Source: Myxococcota bacterium
GTDB lineage: Bacteria > Myxococcota_A > UBA796 > UBA2385
Length of the DNA: 64,000 bases
Direction: 5' to 3'
Assembly: GCA_044344255.1 (NCBI GenBank)
Contig: JBIJDH010000003.1
Coordinates: 384,001 to 448,000, forward strand
Each line of letters starts with the position of its first letter. Within the stretch, counting starts at the first letter, position 1. The notes under the pieces were generated by a model, which worked only from the letters and a program-made list of their open reading frames with translations, searched no databases and was not told where the DNA came from. This document shows positions 50,126 through 59,672 of the stretch, in pieces. Made by a program: the position numbers and the translations under genes.

Positions 50126-51288
50126 GGAGCGAGGCTGGCCCATCGCTGCCGCCGATGCCGCCGCCCGCGCTCGTCAACCTGGAGAGCACGCTCGGCTGCA
50201 ACCTGGAGTGTGTGATGTGCGGCTCCCACCTGTCGGGGGTCACCAAGAAGCGGCAGGTGATGGCCCCAGCGCTCCTCGATCGGGTGGAGCAGCAGGTCCT
50301 GCCCGGCGCGCTCGATCTCTCGCTCACCGTCGCGGGTGAGCCCTGGATGACCCCGAAGCTCAGCAGCTTCGTCGCCCTCGCCGAGCGAGCCGGGGTGCAG
50401 CTCCAGATGAACAGCAACGCGACGCTCATCCGCGACGGGGAGCTCCTGCGGCGCATCCTTCGCGGGTCGAGCGCGCTGAAGTTCTCGGTCGACGGAGCCA
50501 CCGCCGAGACCTACCAGTCGATCCGCGGTCAGGGCGACTTCGCGCTGGTGATCCGCAACATCCGCGCGGTGGTGGCGGCGCGGGCGGCCCTGCCCGCTGG
50601 GGAGCAGCCCCGCCTCGCCCTCTGCATGGTGCTGATGCGGCGGAACGTGCATGAGCTCGTGGCGATGGTGGAGCTCGCCCGCGAGCTCGGCGTGGATCGC
50701 CTCGAGGTGGCCCACCTCACCGTGCTCGTCCCCGAGATGGACGCCGAGAGTCTCCGCCACTCCCCGGAGCTGGCCGACGAGCACCTCCGCGCGGCCCGCG
50801 CGCGGGCCGACGCCCTGGCCTTTCGGGTGCACCTCCCGCCGCTGATGAGCGGCGCGCCGCTGCCCGCGAAGGGCCTCGCCCGCCTCCGCCTCGCCGGGCA
50901 GGAGGCGCGGAGCGTCGGCCGGCGGCGGGTCAGTCGCCTCCTCCATCAGGCCCGCCACGAGGCGCGCCTCGCCCGGTGGTCCCTCTCCGCGGGCGGACGG
51001 GTGCCCTGCCCCTTCCTCCAGGGCGCGGTGTTTGTGACCATCGGCGGCGACGTCGCCCCCTGCCCGATGCCGGGGCGCCCGATCGTCGGGAACCTGCTCC
51101 AGCAGAGCTTCTCAGAGATCTGGAACGGGCCTGTGCTGACGGCGATGCGGCGCGGCTTCATCGAGGGCGCCCCCTTCGAGTGCTGCGCCCACTGCAGCCA
51201 GAACCCGAAGGGCTACCAGCCCGCCGATGAGGCCACCGCCCGACCGCGGGCCTACGACCTCTTCCGAGAGCGCTGGGCCCGGGGTTGA
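50122..51288 (+). CDS. Radical SAM protein with SPASM/Twitch domain
   Basis: CNLECVMC, AGEP, SVDGATAETYQSIR and C-terminal CPFL...GDVAPC...GNLLQQSFSEIWNG...CCAHC. Start is TTG 50122 or ATG 50155. Confidence 0.9.
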   Translation: MRSEAGPSLPPMPPPALVNLESTLGCNLECVMCGSHLSGVTKKRQVMAPALLDRVEQQVLPGALDLSLTVAGEPWMTPKLSSFVALAERAGVQLQMNSNATLIRDGELLRRILRGSSALKFSVDGATAETYQSIRGQGDFALVIRNIRAVVAARAALPAGEQPRLALCMVLMRRNVHELVAMVELARELGVDRLEVAHLTVLVPEMDAESLRHSPELADEHLRAARARADALAFRVHLPPLMSGAPLPAKGLARLRLAGQEARSVGRRRVSRLLHQARHEARLARWSLSAGGRVPCPFLQGAVFVTIGGDVAPCPMPGRPIVGNLLQQSFSEIWNGPVLTAMRRGFIEGAPFECCAHCSQNPKGYQPADEATARPRAYDLFRERWARG

Positions 51289-51295
51289 TCGAGGC

Positions 51296-52888
51296 TCAGC
51301 CGCGCACGACCTCGCCCGGTCGTTCGCCCATCCCGACCCCGTCCTTCACGACCAGCCGCCCGCCGACCATCACGTGGGGCATGCCGGTCGGGTACTGGCG
51401 GGGCTGGGCGTAGGTGGCGGTGTCGAGCACGGTCGCGGGGTCAAAGACGACGAGATCGGCAGGCGCTCCGACCACCACGCGGCCGCGACCGCGCAGCGTG
51501 AGGGCGTCCGCGGCCTGGGAGGTCATCTTGCGGACGGCCTCGGGCAGCACGAGGGCACCTTGTTGGCGCACATAGCGGCCGAGCACCCGGGGGAAGGTGC
51601 CATAGGCTCGCGGGTGGGGGTTGCCGCCGAGCAGGCCGTCGGTGCAGACGTTGACGTTCGGCTGCTGCATGAGCGTGCGGATGACGTCTTCGGACTGGGA
51701 GAAGGCGATCATCCCCACCCCCATCCGCTCCCGGAGGAGGAGATCCAGGGCGAACTCCAACGGGTCCTGGCCGATCGTTCGGGAGGCGTCCGCGAGGGAG
51801 AGCCCCTCGAGCCCCGGCGCCCCGCTCTCGACGCTGGAGATGAAGATCCCCTCGGGGCCGCCCCAGCTCCAGAAGTTGTCCCAGGTGTTCGGGCCGGGGC
51901 CGAGGATGTCGTCCCGCATCCGGCGCCGCGCCTCGGGATCGGCCAAGTGGTGGAGCGTGCGCTCAAAGCCGCCGGAGTGGGCCCAGGGCGGTAGTATCGC
52001 GCCCATCATCGTCGAGCCGGCGGTGTAGGGGTACTGGTCGGCGGTGAGGCGGACGCCGTCGCGCGCCGCCTGGGCGAAGGCGCCGAGCAGCCAGTCGAGC
52101 AGCCCCCAGTTGTCGCGGCCGGCGATCTTGAGGTGGGAGATGTGGACGCGACAGCCGCTCTCGCGGCCCACCTTCAGCATCTCCTCGACGCCTGCCTTGA
52201 GCGCGTCGGACTCGGAGCGCATGTGGACCACGATCGGCCGGTCGTGTCGCGTGAGGATGCGGCCGAGGGAGATGAGCTCGGCGGTGTCGCCGTAGCAGCA
52301 GGGTGGGTAGATGAGGCCGGTGCTGAGGCCCACCGCGCCGGCGTCGAGCCCGCGCTCGAGCTCATCGCACATGCCGGCCACCTCGGCCGCGCTCGCCAGG
52401 CGGTCGTCGGGCCCGACCACCTCGAGGCGGATGTTGCCGTGGGGGACGAGGTAGGCGGCGTGGATCGACCGCGGCGTGCGCTCGATGCGGCCGAGGTACT
52501 CCGACACCGTCTCCCAGTCCCAGGTGCCGCACTTCCCGTCGAGCCCCGACAGGGTGCGCTCCATCATCGGGCGCTTCAGCCGCGACAGGGGCGCGACGCT
52601 GACGCCGTCCTGGCCCAGCACGTCGAGCGCGATGCCCTGACGCACCTTCATCTGGAGGTCTGGCTCTTCGAGCACCGCGAGGTCGGAGTGGCTGTGCGTG
52701 TCGATGAAGGCCGGGCAGAGGATGAGGCCGGGGATGTCGAGGACGTCCCCCTCCGGCGGGAGCGTGCCGCGAGGCCCGATGGCCGACACCTTGCCGTCCC
52801 GCACCGCCACATCGACATCCTGGGCGACTGAGCCCGTGCCGTCGATGAGCTGCCCACCCCGAAAGAGCGTCGTCGTCCCCACTCTCAC
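51296..52888 (-). CDS. N-acyl-D-amino-acid deacylase (D-aminoacylase, amidohydrolase family)
   Basis: FIDTHSHSD, GLSTGLIYPP, HMRSE, HISHLK, DQYPYTAGST, HPRAYGTFPR and ADLVVFDP. Confidence 0.92.
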   Translation of the reverse strand: MRVGTTTLFRGGQLIDGTGSVAQDVDVAVRDGKVSAIGPRGTLPPEGDVLDIPGLILCPAFIDTHSHSDLAVLEEPDLQMKVRQGIALDVLGQDGVSVAPLSRLKRPMMERTLSGLDGKCGTWDWETVSEYLGRIERTPRSIHAAYLVPHGNIRLEVVGPDDRLASAAEVAGMCDELERGLDAGAVGLSTGLIYPPCCYGDTAELISLGRILTRHDRPIVVHMRSESDALKAGVEEMLKVGRESGCRVHISHLKIAGRDNWGLLDWLLGAFAQAARDGVRLTADQYPYTAGSTMMGAILPPWAHSGGFERTLHHLADPEARRRMRDDILGPGPNTWDNFWSWGGPEGIFISSVESGAPGLEGLSLADASRTIGQDPLEFALDLLLRERMGVGMIAFSQSEDVIRTLMQQPNVNVCTDGLLGGNPHPRAYGTFPRVLGRYVRQQGALVLPEAVRKMTSQAADALTLRGRGRVVVGAPADLVVFDPATVLDTATYAQPRQYPTGMPHVMVGGRLVVKDGVGMGERPGEVVRG

Positions 52889-53055
52889 CTCACGCGAATG
52901 GTTGTATCCAGGCGCTCCCCGCTCCGCCCGGGCTCGCGCCCTCCGCTCGCCGGCTCGACGTCGACGCGTCCCGAGACTGGGCTATGTTCCGAGTGGGCGC
53001 TTCTGTCCACGCGACGGGGTAGCCCTTGGATGAAACTGCGCAGGTCAATTCAGCC

Positions 53056-55173
53056 ATGGGAGGGTCTGCCCGGACGGCCGCGCCGCCCGGACCGCCGCCC
53101 GGCTCTCCGGCCGTCACCGCCGAGCGACCTGAGCTCGACCTCCGGCTCACCCGCCTCGTGATGGCGGCCACCCTGGACGACCGAGTGGAGGCCTTGGAGG
53201 ACCTCGCCTCCTGGCTCCACCCTCCGCGGGGATGGGGCCCCTGGCGCCGCCTCCCCACCCGACCGGCGATCCGCCTGCGGTGGATGTTGGGCGCGGTGGA
53301 GGCCTCGCCGGACGGTGGTCAGTCGCTCCGAGCCCGCATCGGAGAGCTGGCGAGGGGCCTTCGGTACGAGAGACTGTTCACGGACACCGGGCTCCCTGGA
53401 GAGACGAGCTTCTTCGATGAGTGCCAGGATCGGCTCGCTCGGGGCCTGCTCCCGGAGCCGCCCGCTGGGTTGGACGCGGCGCGCCTGCTCTATCGCCTCT
53501 TCCCCGATCACCGTCGGAGCCGTTGGTTCTTCGCGTTGGACCCGGGCCTCCGTCGCCGCTTGCTGCGAACCTTGCTCCCGGAGCCCGTCCCCGCCGCCGG
53601 CCCGGCCGACGCCGCGCTTCGAGAGGCCGCGGTGCTCCTGTCCGTCCGGATCGCCGAGGCTGGCTCGGCCGACCTGCTGCGCGACCGTTGCCCTGCTTTG
53701 TCGGTTCGGAGCTCGGAATTCCTCCGCCTCCCGGGCGAGGTGCGCGCGCTTGTCTGGCCGCCCGCCGAGGGGCCCTGGCCGGTGGAAGGGGCGGCGGGCG
53801 GTGTCACGGCGACCCTCGAGGCCTGTGAGGCGCGCTTGCGAGAGGTGGAGGGGACGCTGGAGCACAGCGGTATCAGCCTGCGCCTCGTGCACCGCTTGCG
53901 GCACCTCCGCGACCTCCTCGCGCGCCTGCGCAGCCTCCTGCAGGTGCTCCGGTGGGGCGTCGGCGTGTCGGAGGCGGAGCGGACCTCAACGGTGGAGGGG
54001 GCCGATGACGACCGGCCGCCCTCCTTGGGGGAGAGCGCGCGGCTCGAGCTCTTGCACGACCTGGTGCGCGGCGGGCTCACCGACCGCAGCGCCTGGGACG
54101 CAGTTCGGGTCAGCAGCCGCCTGATCGCCCTGCGGGTGATCACCCGGTCGGGGCACAGCGGCGAACATTACATCGCCCGCGACCGGGCCGAGCAGCGCCA
54201 CCTCCTCGCCTCGGCCCTCGGCGGCGGCGCGGTGATCGCGCCGGCGGTGCTGATCAAGCTGCTCGTCTCGGGCGCACACCTGCCGCTCTTCTTCGAGGCG
54301 ATGGCCTGGGGCACGAACTACGCCGGTGCATTCGTCTGCATGCAGCTCGTCGGCTTCACCCTCGCCACGAAGCAGCCGTCCATGACCGCCGCCACCCTCG
54401 CCCACGCGATCCACCGCGAGGGCGGCACCCCCGACCTGGAGCCGCTGATCGATCAGGTGGTGAGCACGGTGCGGAGCCAGCTCATGGCGGTGCTCGGCAA
54501 CGTCGGGATGGTCGTCCCGGTGGCCCTCGGTCTCTCGGCCCTCTATCGGCTCCTCCACGGGAGCCCGCTGCTCAGCCCCGATTATGCGGACGCGCTCTTC
54601 GCCCGTCACCACCCGCTCGACAGCGGCACTCTCCTCTTCGCGGCCTTGAGCGGCCTGGCCCTCTGGCTGGGCGCGATGGTGGGCGGGACTGTCGAGAACT
54701 GGTTCGTCTTGCGGCGCCTCCCCGAGACCCTGCGCACCCACCGTCGGCTCCGTCACTGGCTCGGCGACAAGGGCGCCGCTCGCCTCGCCGCCTGGAGTGA
54801 ACAGAACATCTCCGCTCTCGCAGGCAGCCTCGGCCTCGCCGCGCTGCTCGTCTGCGCGCCGGTGCTGTCCGGCCTGTTCGGCGTGCCCACGGAGGTCCGG
54901 CACGTCACCTTCGTCACCGGCACCCTGGTCTTCGCCGCCGCGACGAGGGAGCCAGCTGGCTGGCTCGCCCCCGACGCCCTCTGGGCCTTCTCCAGCATCG
55001 GCCTCGTCGCGATCCTCAACTTCGGGGTCAGCTTCTCGCTCGCGCTCTTCGTGGCCCTCCGGGCGAAGGAGATCCGCCTCCAGGATCAAGCGCGACTCGG
55101 CCTCGCCGTGCTGCGCCGCTGCCTGTGCCACCCCTTCGACCTCCTCCGCTCGCCGGCGAGCTCAGCGCCGTAG
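53056..55173 (+). CDS. Gcr-family ('site-specific recombinase', SpecificRecomb) multi-TM membrane protein
   Basis: LFTDTGLP, SGEHYIARDRAE, FTLATKQPSMTA, VRSQLMAVLGN, EVRHVTF and LNFGVSFSLAL. Multiple TMs in the C-terminal half. Confidence 0.8.
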   Translation: MGGSARTAAPPGPPPGSPAVTAERPELDLRLTRLVMAATLDDRVEALEDLASWLHPPRGWGPWRRLPTRPAIRLRWMLGAVEASPDGGQSLRARIGELARGLRYERLFTDTGLPGETSFFDECQDRLARGLLPEPPAGLDAARLLYRLFPDHRRSRWFFALDPGLRRRLLRTLLPEPVPAAGPADAALREAAVLLSVRIAEAGSADLLRDRCPALSVRSSEFLRLPGEVRALVWPPAEGPWPVEGAAGGVTATLEACEARLREVEGTLEHSGISLRLVHRLRHLRDLLARLRSLLQVLRWGVGVSEAERTSTVEGADDDRPPSLGESARLELLHDLVRGGLTDRSAWDAVRVSSRLIALRVITRSGHSGEHYIARDRAEQRHLLASALGGGAVIAPAVLIKLLVSGAHLPLFFEAMAWGTNYAGAFVCMQLVGFTLATKQPSMTAATLAHAIHREGGTPDLEPLIDQVVSTVRSQLMAVLGNVGMVVPVALGLSALYRLLHGSPLLSPDYADALFARHHPLDSGTLLFAALSGLALWLGAMVGGTVENWFVLRRLPETLRTHRRLRHWLGDKGAARLAAWSEQNISALAGSLGLAALLVCAPVLSGLFGVPTEVRHVTFVTGTLVFAAATREPAGWLAPDALWAFSSIGLVAILNFGVSFSLALFVALRAKEIRLQDQARLGLAVLRRCLCHPFDLLRSPASSAP

Positions 55174-55284
55174 GGTGGCCGCCGCTCCGCTCGCGCGAGG
55201 CGGAGTCGACGTAGGGCATCACCCGCCCGGGAGGCGGCGGACCCCGCGCGGAGATAGGCCGCCCCGCCCTGCCCGGAACCGAAC

Positions 55285-56001
55285 ATGGCCCGTGAACGAC
55301 TCGACAAGCGCCTCTCCGCCCGCAGCGGCTTCAGCCGCACAGAGGCCGGCAAGGTGATCCGCCGCGGCCGCGTGACCGTCAACGGCGAGGAGCAGGACGA
55401 CCCCGGCTACGTCCTCCCGGAGGGGGCCGTGGTGGCGCTCGACGGGGTCGCCTTCGAGGACCCGCTCCTGGTCGCCCTCTTCCACAAGCCCCTCGACATC
55501 CAGTGTACGGTGGGCGACCCCTGGGGCCGCCCCTCCCTCACCGAGGTGGCCGGCAAGCTGCTCGACATGGGCCTCCATCCGGTCGGCCGCCTCGACGCAG
55601 ACACCGATGGGCTGCTCATCTTCTCCGCCGACGGTACGCTCACGCAGCGGCTCCTCCACCCGCGGCACGGCGTGGTCAAGCTCTACCGGGCCGAGGTCGA
55701 GGGCAACCCCGACGAGCGCCTCACCGAGACCCTACGAATGGGGGTCGAGACGGCGGACGGCACCTTCTCGGGGGAGGTCCGGGGCATCGAGGGCAGCGTG
55801 GTGATGCTCGCCGTCCAGGAGGGCAAGCACCGGATGGTCCGCAAGATGCTGAACAACGCGGGCTTCCCCGTGAAGACCCTCCGGCGCGTCGCCTTTGGGC
55901 CCTTCACCCTGGGCGAGCTCGCCCCCGGGGCCTGGCGGGCGCCGACCCCGGAGGAGCTCGCCGCGCTCCAGCCGGTCAGGCCGGGAAGCTCCCCTCGTTG
56001 A
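55285..56001 (+). CDS. rsuA: RsuA-family rRNA pseudouridine synthase
   Basis: N-terminal S4 domain (ERLDK...GRVTVNG), HKP, PVGRLDADTDGLL and EGKHRMVRKM. Confidence 0.88.
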   Translation: MARERLDKRLSARSGFSRTEAGKVIRRGRVTVNGEEQDDPGYVLPEGAVVALDGVAFEDPLLVALFHKPLDIQCTVGDPWGRPSLTEVAGKLLDMGLHPVGRLDADTDGLLIFSADGTLTQRLLHPRHGVVKLYRAEVEGNPDERLTETLRMGVETADGTFSGEVRGIEGSVVMLAVQEGKHRMVRKMLNNAGFPVKTLRRVAFGPFTLGELAPGAWRAPTPEELAALQPVRPGSSPR

Positions 56002-56602
56002 TGCGGAGGGTGTCGGCGGTGGAGAGGCGGGGCTTCTGGGCCATGTTGCCCGCGGCGAGGGGGCCGACCGCGATCATGATCGCGGGGAAGTAGCGGGCCG
56101 GGACGCCGAGCACCTGGCTCACTCCGGCGGGGTCGAAGCCGATCATCGGCCCGCTGCCGTAGCCCTTCTCCTCAGCGGCGAGCATCAGCGCCATGCCGGC
56201 GAGCCCGGCCGAGCGAACCGCCTCTTCACGGGCGGAGGCGGGGTTGCCGTAAAAGTTGCCCGACATGTTGGTCATGTAGTCGGCGGTGCCCTGGTCCATG
56301 AAGCCTGCGGCCACCGCGCCCTTGAGGCGCTCGGCGAAGACGATGTGCGCCGACATGTCGCCGAAGAGCACGAAGACCGCGGCCGCGTCGCCCACCTTGG
56401 CCTGGTTGTAGGCCACGGCCTTGAGCTTCGCCTTGAGCTCGGGGTTGGTCACGGCGACGAAGCGGATGTGCTGGATGTTGAAGGAGCTGGGCGCGAGGCC
56501 GGCGAGGGCGGCGAGCTCGGTCACCTCGGCGTCGCTGAGCGCGGCCGAGCTGTCGAAGTTGTTGGCGGAGATGCGGTGATGGAGGGCGTCAACGACGTTC
56601 AT
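55976..56602 (-). CDS. Nitroreductase family protein
   Basis: HRISANNFD, LAPSSFNIQ, YNQAKV and GSGPMIGFD. GGAG upstream of ATG 56602. Confidence 0.9.
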   Translation of the reverse strand: MNVVDALHHRISANNFDSSAALSDAEVTELAALAGLAPSSFNIQHIRFVAVTNPELKAKLKAVAYNQAKVGDAAAVFVLFGDMSAHIVFAERLKGAVAAGFMDQGTADYMTNMSGNFYGNPASAREEAVRSAGLAGMALMLAAEEKGYGSGPMIGFDPAGVSQVLGVPARYFPAIMIAVGPLAAGNMAQKPRLSTADTLRINEGSFPA

Positions 56603-56732
56603 GGAGGCTCCTGGGGTTTTGCCCCGCCCATGTAGCGCGTCGCCTGATCGGAGACAGGGTTGGGTGGATGGGTCTCGCTGTTGCAGAGGTGGCAACAGAG
56701 GGCCGGCGGCGGAGGCCGGCGCCCGTCGGGCC

Positions 56733-57221
56733 TCACTCGATCGGCGGACAGTCCTGTTTGATCATGGTGTATCTTCCGGCTTTCTCCGCAGGGACGAACA
56801 TCTGCGGGACGTCGGGGGTCGGGCTCCCCTCTCGCTCCAGGAAGATGAGCTCGGTCTGGTATCTCTGCGACCATCGGAGCAGGAAGGCCGGCTGGGGCTC
56901 GCCGTCGTACTCCACCTCGAGGGTCAGCACGTCCCCTCGGCGCCGGGCCGAGGTGATCGTGTAGGTGACCACCTCCTGCCCCAGGTTCTCGAGGAGGGTG
57001 TCTCCACCGTCTCGGATCGAGAGGGCGCCGTTGGCCGCCTCGCAGGGCTGATCGATGACGAGCTGCTTGCCCTGGAGCTGGACCTCCACCCACTCGGTCG
57101 GCACCGCCAACAAGCCGGACTTCTGCCAGACGCCGCTGCAGGCGAGCATAGGGATCGCGATCGAGAGGACGGCGACGGAGAGGACCGCGAGTCGGAGAAG
57201 GGTCGATGCTCGTCGCTTCAT
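56733..57221 (-). CDS. Hypothetical exported protein / lipoprotein
   Basis: Basic N-terminus, hydrophobic core and MLAC lipobox-like motif. Confidence 0.6.
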   Translation of the reverse strand: MKRRASTLLRLAVLSVAVLSIAIPMLACSGVWQKSGLLAVPTEWVEVQLQGKQLVIDQPCEAANGALSIRDGGDTLLENLGQEVVTYTITSARRRGDVLTLEVEYDGEPQPAFLLRWSQRYQTELIFLEREGSPTPDVPQMFVPAEKAGRYTMIKQDCPPIE

Positions 57222-57230
57222 GGGCCAGTC

Positions 57231-58226
57231 CTATCCGGCCTTTCCGGCGAGGTCGAAGCTGAACTTCAGCTTGTCCTGATTCTTCAGCGCCCCCATCATC
57301 GCCTTGAAGGGCGAGAGGCCCCAGTCGGAGCCTTGAATCGAGAAGCCTCCCTTCGCCGAGAAGGTCCCTTCGCCCAGCTTGACGGTGGCCTTGATGCTCA
57401 GCGGGCGGGTCTGTCCGAGCAGGTTCAGGTCGCCCTCGACGGTCACGGCGCCGCTCGTGGCCGAGCAGCTCCGGCTGGTGAACGAGATCGTGCTGTGCTC
57501 GTCGCCGTTGAGCTGGTCGCGGGCGAGCATGTTCTTGCGGACGTCGTCTCGTTGACCGCTGGAGAGCTCGGTGTCGTAGCCCACCTTCTTGCGCATGGCC
57601 GGGGGGTCGACCTCCAGCTTGGCGACCGGTACGGAGATCTTCACCGCGCACTGGCTCGGTTCGGTGGGGTGCCAGGTGGCGGTCCCGGTCCAATTCCGGG
57701 CGACCACCACGTGATCGTGGGAGAGGCCTGCCCCCATGGTGTCGGGGTCCTTGAAGACCTGCACGTAGAGCGCGCTGGCGCCGGTGTTGAACGTGTAGGT
57801 GACAGCGGAGGGGGCGGCTTCGGGGGCGGCGACCGCGGGGGCGGCCTCGGAGGCGGTCGTGGTCGCCGGGGCGGAGGCTGGCGATGCGGCGGGCGCAGCG
57901 ACGGCGGTGGCGGGCGCCGCCGGGGTGGAGGCCGTCGGGGTGGCGACCGTCGAGTTGGAGGCCGTCGGAGTGGGGCCCGTCGGCGAGGGCTCGGTCGCGG
58001 TCGTGGGTGTCGTTTCGGTCGCGGTCGCGGTCGGTGTTTCGGTGGCGGTCGTCGGTGCGGTTGAGGGGGGCGTAGTGTCGGGGGCGGCGGGCGCCTGCGC
58101 CGGGGCCTCCGGCGGTGGGGTGGGGGCGGCCTGTTCGCCGCTGCAGCCGATCAACAGCCAGAGGGCCCCGGTCTGGAGGGCGCTCCGGCGCGGCGAGGGG
58201 CGGATCGGAGGGGGGGACCATCGCAT
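57231..58226 (-). CDS. YceI-family lipoprotein with long Pro/Thr/Ala-rich linker
   Basis: LIGC lipobox and ~110-aa P/T/A linker. YceI-like C-terminus HDHVV...ISFTS...VEGDLNLLGQTRP...SDWGLSP. Confidence 0.8.
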   Translation of the reverse strand: MRWSPPPIRPSPRRSALQTGALWLLIGCSGEQAAPTPPPEAPAQAPAAPDTTPPSTAPTTATETPTATATETTPTTATEPSPTGPTPTASNSTVATPTASTPAAPATAVAAPAASPASAPATTTASEAAPAVAAPEAAPSAVTYTFNTGASALYVQVFKDPDTMGAGLSHDHVVVARNWTGTATWHPTEPSQCAVKISVPVAKLEVDPPAMRKKVGYDTELSSGQRDDVRKNMLARDQLNGDEHSTISFTSRSCSATSGAVTVEGDLNLLGQTRPLSIKATVKLGEGTFSAKGGFSIQGSDWGLSPFKAMMGALKNQDKLKFSFDLAGKAG

Positions 58227-58447
58227 CGGAGCTCCACAGGGGTGGCCGGGGCGCCCGGCGCGCCATGTTCGCCGAGCCCGCGCCGCTCCGCAAGGTGAAG
58301 GGAGCGGCCGGGCGACTCCCCGTGGCCCCCCCCCGCGTCACCCCGCGCGACAATCGGGCGACCTTGGGCCGTCGGCGGCCCCCCGTCGGTAGCGGGAGGG
58401 GTGGACGGTGGATAGCGGGGCGCCCCGTCCCAGCCCCGGAAGTCTCC

Positions 58448-59542
58448 ATGGCCCTGCAAGCCGGAATCGTCGGCCTCCCCAACGTCGGCAAGAGCACGCT
58501 CTTCAACGCGCTCACCGCCGCGGGCGCCGAGAGCGCCAACTACCCCTTCTGCACCATCGAGCCGAACACCGGCGTCGTCGCCGTGCCCGATCCCCGCCTC
58601 GCCCAGATCATGAACGTGATCGCCAGCAAGCAGATCATCCCGGCTGCGGTCGAGATCCTCGACATCGCCGGCCTCGTGCGCGGCGCCTCGAAGGGGGAGG
58701 GCCTGGGCAACCAGTTCCTCGGCCACATCCGCTCCGTGGACGCCGTGCTCCACGTCGTCCGCTGCTTCGAGGACGCCGACGTCGTTCACGTCGACGGCGG
58801 GGTCGATCCCGACCGCGACATCGACACCATCGACATGGAGCTCATCCTCGCAGACCTCGACAGCGCCTCCCGCCGCGTCGACCGCTTCACCAAGCTCGCC
58901 CGCGGCGGCGACAAGGAGTCCATCCTCCACAAGGCCGTCGCCGAGAAGCTCGTCGCCTTGTTGAACGACGGCAAGCCGGCCCGCGCCGGGGACTGGACGG
59001 AGGCCGAGCTCGCGAGCGTAAAGGAGGCCCAGCTCATCACGAGCAAGCCCTACCTCTACGTCTGCAACGCCGACGAAGCCGGCCTCCAGGGCGGCAACGC
59101 CTGGATCGACCGGGTCAAGGCCCGCGCCGCCGCCGAGAAGGCCCGCGTGGTCATCATCTGCGCCAAGGTGGAGGCCGAGCTCTCCGAGCTCGAAGAGGCA
59201 GACCGCAACGCCTTCCTCGAGGACCTCGGCATGTCCGAGTCCGGCCTCGCCCGCCTCGCCCGCGAGACCTACGCCCTGCTGGGCCTCCAGACCTACTTCA
59301 CCGCCGGCCCGAAGGAGATCCGCGCCTGGACCTTCCACAAGGGCTGGAAGGCCCCCCGCTGCGCCGGCGTCATCCACACCGACTTCGAGAAGGGCTTCAT
59401 CAAGGCGGAGGTCTACACCATCGCTGACCTCATCGAGTACCGCGGCGAGGCCGCGATGAAGGCCGCCGGGAAGCTGCGGTTGGAGGGGAAGGAGTATGTG
59501 GTGCAGGATGGGGATGTGATGCACTTCCGCTTCGCGAACTGA
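58448..59542 (+). CDS. ychF: Redox-regulated ATPase YchF
   Basis: [57 protein letters not shown] and [11 protein letters not shown]. Confidence 0.98.
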   Translation: MALQAGIVGLPNVGKSTLFNALTAAGAESANYPFCTIEPNTGVVAVPDPRLAQIMNVIASKQIIPAAVEILDIAGLVRGASKGEGLGNQFLGHIRSVDAVLHVVRCFEDADVVHVDGGVDPDRDIDTIDMELILADLDSASRRVDRFTKLARGGDKESILHKAVAEKLVALLNDGKPARAGDWTEAELASVKEAQLITSKPYLYVCNADEAGLQGGNAWIDRVKARAAAEKARVVIICAKVEAELSELEEADRNAFLEDLGMSESGLARLARETYALLGLQTYFTAGPKEIRAWTFHKGWKAPRCAGVIHTDFEKGFIKAEVYTIADLIEYRGEAAMKAAGKLRLEGKEYVVQDGDVMHFRFAN

Positions 59543-59642
59543 GCCCGGGCGATCCGCATGGCAGATAGTGAAGTCGTCACGAGGTAGATCGAGGCCCGGT
59601 GTTCTGGCTCTCTTGGACCCCTGCTCGATGGTATCACTTCCC

Positions 59643-59667
59643 GAGACTAACGGAATGCGTTAGTCTC
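59643..59667. promoter_or_regulatory. Perfect 10-bp inverted repeat just upstream of abiEi, a likely autoregulatory operator
   Basis: GAGACTAACG-gaatg-CGTTAGTCTC ends 5 nt before the GTG start. Confidence 0.6.
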
Positions 59668-59672
59668 AGGCA

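Noticed and set aside
53056..55173. Integrase or mobile element implied by the Gcr family name
   Set aside because: Multi-TM protein with no catalytic recombinase residues, host-like codon usage and no att repeats.
55976..56001. 26-nt convergent overlap of rsuA and the nitroreductase gene
   Set aside because: Short tail-to-tail overlaps are routine in GC-rich genomes, and nothing indicates a function.
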